A stretch of 51,090 bases of DNA, counting the filler, from Circinaria calcarea (Eukaryota), in assembly GCA_051942165.1 (NCBI GenBank). It is 2 parts of 2 records of this genome, joined end to end, with 100 filler letters (N's around TTAATTAATTAA, not from the genome) between each part and the next. Parts side by side here need not be neighbours in the genome. Positions count along the whole stretch, not along the records: positions 25,623 to 51,090 come from JAVECS010000091.1; 1 more part is not named here. The stretch is one strand, 5' to 3'. The position numbers and the translations under genes are program-made. Below are positions 48,743 to 51,090 of this stretch, piece after piece. Numbering within the stretch: position 1 is the stretch's first letter; every line of letters begins with the position of its first letter. The notes under the pieces are model-generated. The model was given only the letters and a program-made list of their open reading frames with translations. It did no database searches and had not been told where the DNA came from.

Positions 48743-50698
48743 ATGGTTACCGGGGTGGAGACAGCAGGCATCGTATTGGCGTCAATTCCACTCGTTGTAT
48801 CTGCCCTTGAACATTACGCAGAGGGGGTCAATACTATAACCAAGTGGTGGAGCTACAGAAGAGAACTTGCCAGTCTCGTTCGTGTGCTAGACGCAGAATA
48901 TGCACAGTTTCTGGGCACATGTGAGAAGCTTCTCGAAGGGCTAGTCCCTCCAGATGAGTTGGAAGAATTGATTGCGGATCCGCGAGGCGCTGGCTGGAAT
49001 AACCATGAGCTCGACCGAAAGTTGAAGGGTCGCTTGCGAAGATCGTACGGATCGTACCTGAGCTCTGTTAAGGATATGGAGGCTGCTGTCAGAACTCTGG
49101 CAGCGAAGCTGGAACTGGATCCAAATGGAAAGGTTAGTGTTGTCTGGCGACTTATGAGTAATCTACTCGAAAGATTTATAGAACATGCAATGCCGATCCC
49201 ATCATCATATCATCACTAACGAATGCCACAGCCACTTTGGGGCGACTATCACACGTTCAAACACGAGTACAAGAGAATAAAGTTCAGTCTATCCCGGCGG
49301 CAGTATGAAGAGTCAATGAAGAGAATTGAAAAGAACAACGATATTTTGGCAAAGCTCACGGATCGTAACCTCGAGCTGGAGCCTGCCAGGAAACGTCGAA
49401 GTCGACCGATTCACCAGTTTCGAAGTATCCAGGACCATGCTGGGAATTTGTATAATTTAATCAAACGAGGTTGGAAGTGCGATTGCGGAGGTCCTCACAA
49501 TGCGAACTTACAGCTGGATGCTCGGTTGTCTGACAATGAAACACATACATTGTCTCAACACCGAGGTCGGGAGGTACACAGCACCGGATTGGTGCAGTTC
49601 AAGGTGGTTTTCTCTGTTAGCAACAGTCCGAGCTCAAAGGCTGCTCCAGTATCATGGCAGGAGACAGAGATACGGCTTCTGGACCAATCTAAGAATGCTA
49701 TCGGGTTTGAAACAAAAGAGCTTAAGAAACCTCTTGAGCCCATGAATCCTAAGACAATGAACGGTAATAAGTCAGCTAGTATGCCAACCTCATTTTCGTC
49801 TCTCGTTACTAGCAAAGAGGTCACTCCCGGCATAAAGCCTAAGAAAGGAGTCAAATTCGCCGGTCCATCCATCGATCGAGAACTAGATGAGTTAAGCGTC
49901 TCAATGTCTAAACAACAGCTCTCCGGTTTGGTCGAAATAAGGAACATCTGCCTTGTAATGCAGCAGTGTCTGAAAAACGTCATCTACACCCAAAATTGCC
50001 TTGGCTACTTGTGTGAAGAAGGGCGGCAGCCGTTGGGTGTCTATATGGCTAAGTCATCACACATTCACGTTCAACATAGAGTTACGTCCCTAGCAGATAT
50101 TCTCACTAAAACTAATTCCGTTTCGAATCGGTTCCTACCAGCTTCTGGCTCTGGTTTCAGCAGGGCCGATCGGCTTGGCCTAGCCTTGACTATAGCTTCC
50201 AGCACACTCCAACTATACAAGACGCCATGGCTGCGAGACGACTGGAACAAGCACGATATCCTGATCAACGAAACGGGGAAGGATTCGTATCGGGAACAAG
50301 CCTACGTATCCGGTACATTCTCTACCTCGACCGCAGAACAAACTACCCAAGAGAAGATAATATGTCACTTTGTTCGAAACGAAACTCTTTTCGCACTCGG
50401 CATAGTCCTCATTGAGCTGTGCCTCGGTCAAGCACTGGAGTCGATGAGAAGTCCCGAAGATCCTTTGGATGCGAACCAGAAGCCCAACGTGTTGACTGAT
50501 CTAAGTACTTCGGAAAGGTTGTTGGATACTGTATATATGGAAGCTGGAAAGCGGTATGGTGATGCTGTAAGGAGATGCATTTACTGTGAGTTCGATCAGC
50601 GGAGAACAACGCTCGACAATGATGAGTTTCGACAAGCGGTATATGATGGGGTGGTAGCTCCACTTGAAGATGATATGAAGGATTTCTACCAGCTATAG
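48743..50698 (+). CDS. HeLo/HELL-like N-terminal domain + C-terminal degenerate kinase-like domain protein
   Basis: MVTGVETAGIVLASIPLVVSALEHY is a HeLo-like N-terminal helix; intron 49133-49231; GWKCDC..H.A.L.L; C-terminal RLGLALTIASSTLQLYKTPWL..W.K.DI, TLFALGIVLIELCLG, G.RYGDAVRRCIYCEF. Confidence 0.82.
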
Positions 50699-50769
50699 TT
50701 GCTAGGTCATCATGATTAACTACAGTGAAACTCTACCACCATCCCCTGAAATGAATTTCATCCCAAAAA

Positions 50770-50985
50770 TCAAGAGACTTTCGATTGTACACACAGCGCT
50801 ATCCCACCCAGCACAAAAGCCATGCCCAACCATGTATCTAACACAGTCTTATTAGCACATCACTCCGTCAAAAACTTGAGGCTACTTCTCACCTCTAGAT
50901 ATCACCTTCCCCTCCGCCCACCACTCTCCCAACACGGTAAACAGAAAAGCCAAAGAATTCGTAATCGGCACCGTAAGACTCAATT
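50770..50985 (-). CDS. TMEM234-like small membrane protein, last two exons (gene begins beyond window)
   Basis: LSLTVPITNSLAFLFTVLGEWWAEGKVISR|DTWLGMAFVLGGIALCVQSKVS*; intron 50892-50838. Confidence 0.85.
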
Positions 50986-51090
50986 CTACCCCCACCCAAA
51001 GTTTGATTAGCACAGTTCTCTTACAAAAGCCTCCCTCTTTTCCCTCCTTTCCATCCTTTCTCCTCCCTCCATCATCGCCCACCCCACCCG

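Overview
Intron-containing, gene-dense genomic DNA of a filamentous ascomycete (Pezizomycotina), judged from short GT-AG introns with CTAAC/CTGAC branch points and the gene content. An artificial N44-TTAATTAATTAA-N44 linker at 25523-25622 joins two pieces. About 19 protein-coding loci were traced by eye: casein kinase I (partial), an SDR, a PHD-finger/coiled-coil protein, a SCY1/CEX1-like pseudokinase, LST8, a low-complexity unknown, a SUR7/PalI protein, a GPI-type PLC-like phosphodiesterase, a coiled-coil/acidic unknown, a 5'-truncated CRP1/MDG1-like CBM48 protein, RRT8/EI24-like, a secreted Ser/Thr-rich protein, a Zn2Cys6 transcription factor, PRP24, an SRPK-like kinase, a head-to-head gene pair and a partial TMEM234-like gene. 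Two features stand out. (1) A ~440-nt intronic box C/D RNA at 7299-7752 (-) has two guides that, by the D+5 rule, point at the U5 snRNA Um41- and U2 snRNA Um47-equivalent positions, separated by a ~370-nt structured insert. (2) A divergent pair at 44690-50698 couples a HeLo-like + kinase-like-fold protein to a C2H2 protein carrying a string of fragments resembling unrelated conserved nuclear proteins (BBP/Msl5-type zinc knuckle, homeodomain, others). This looks like a sensor-with-integrated-decoys/executor immune pair, and its distal modules carry RIP-type stop codons. Family names come from recalled motifs, not database searches.
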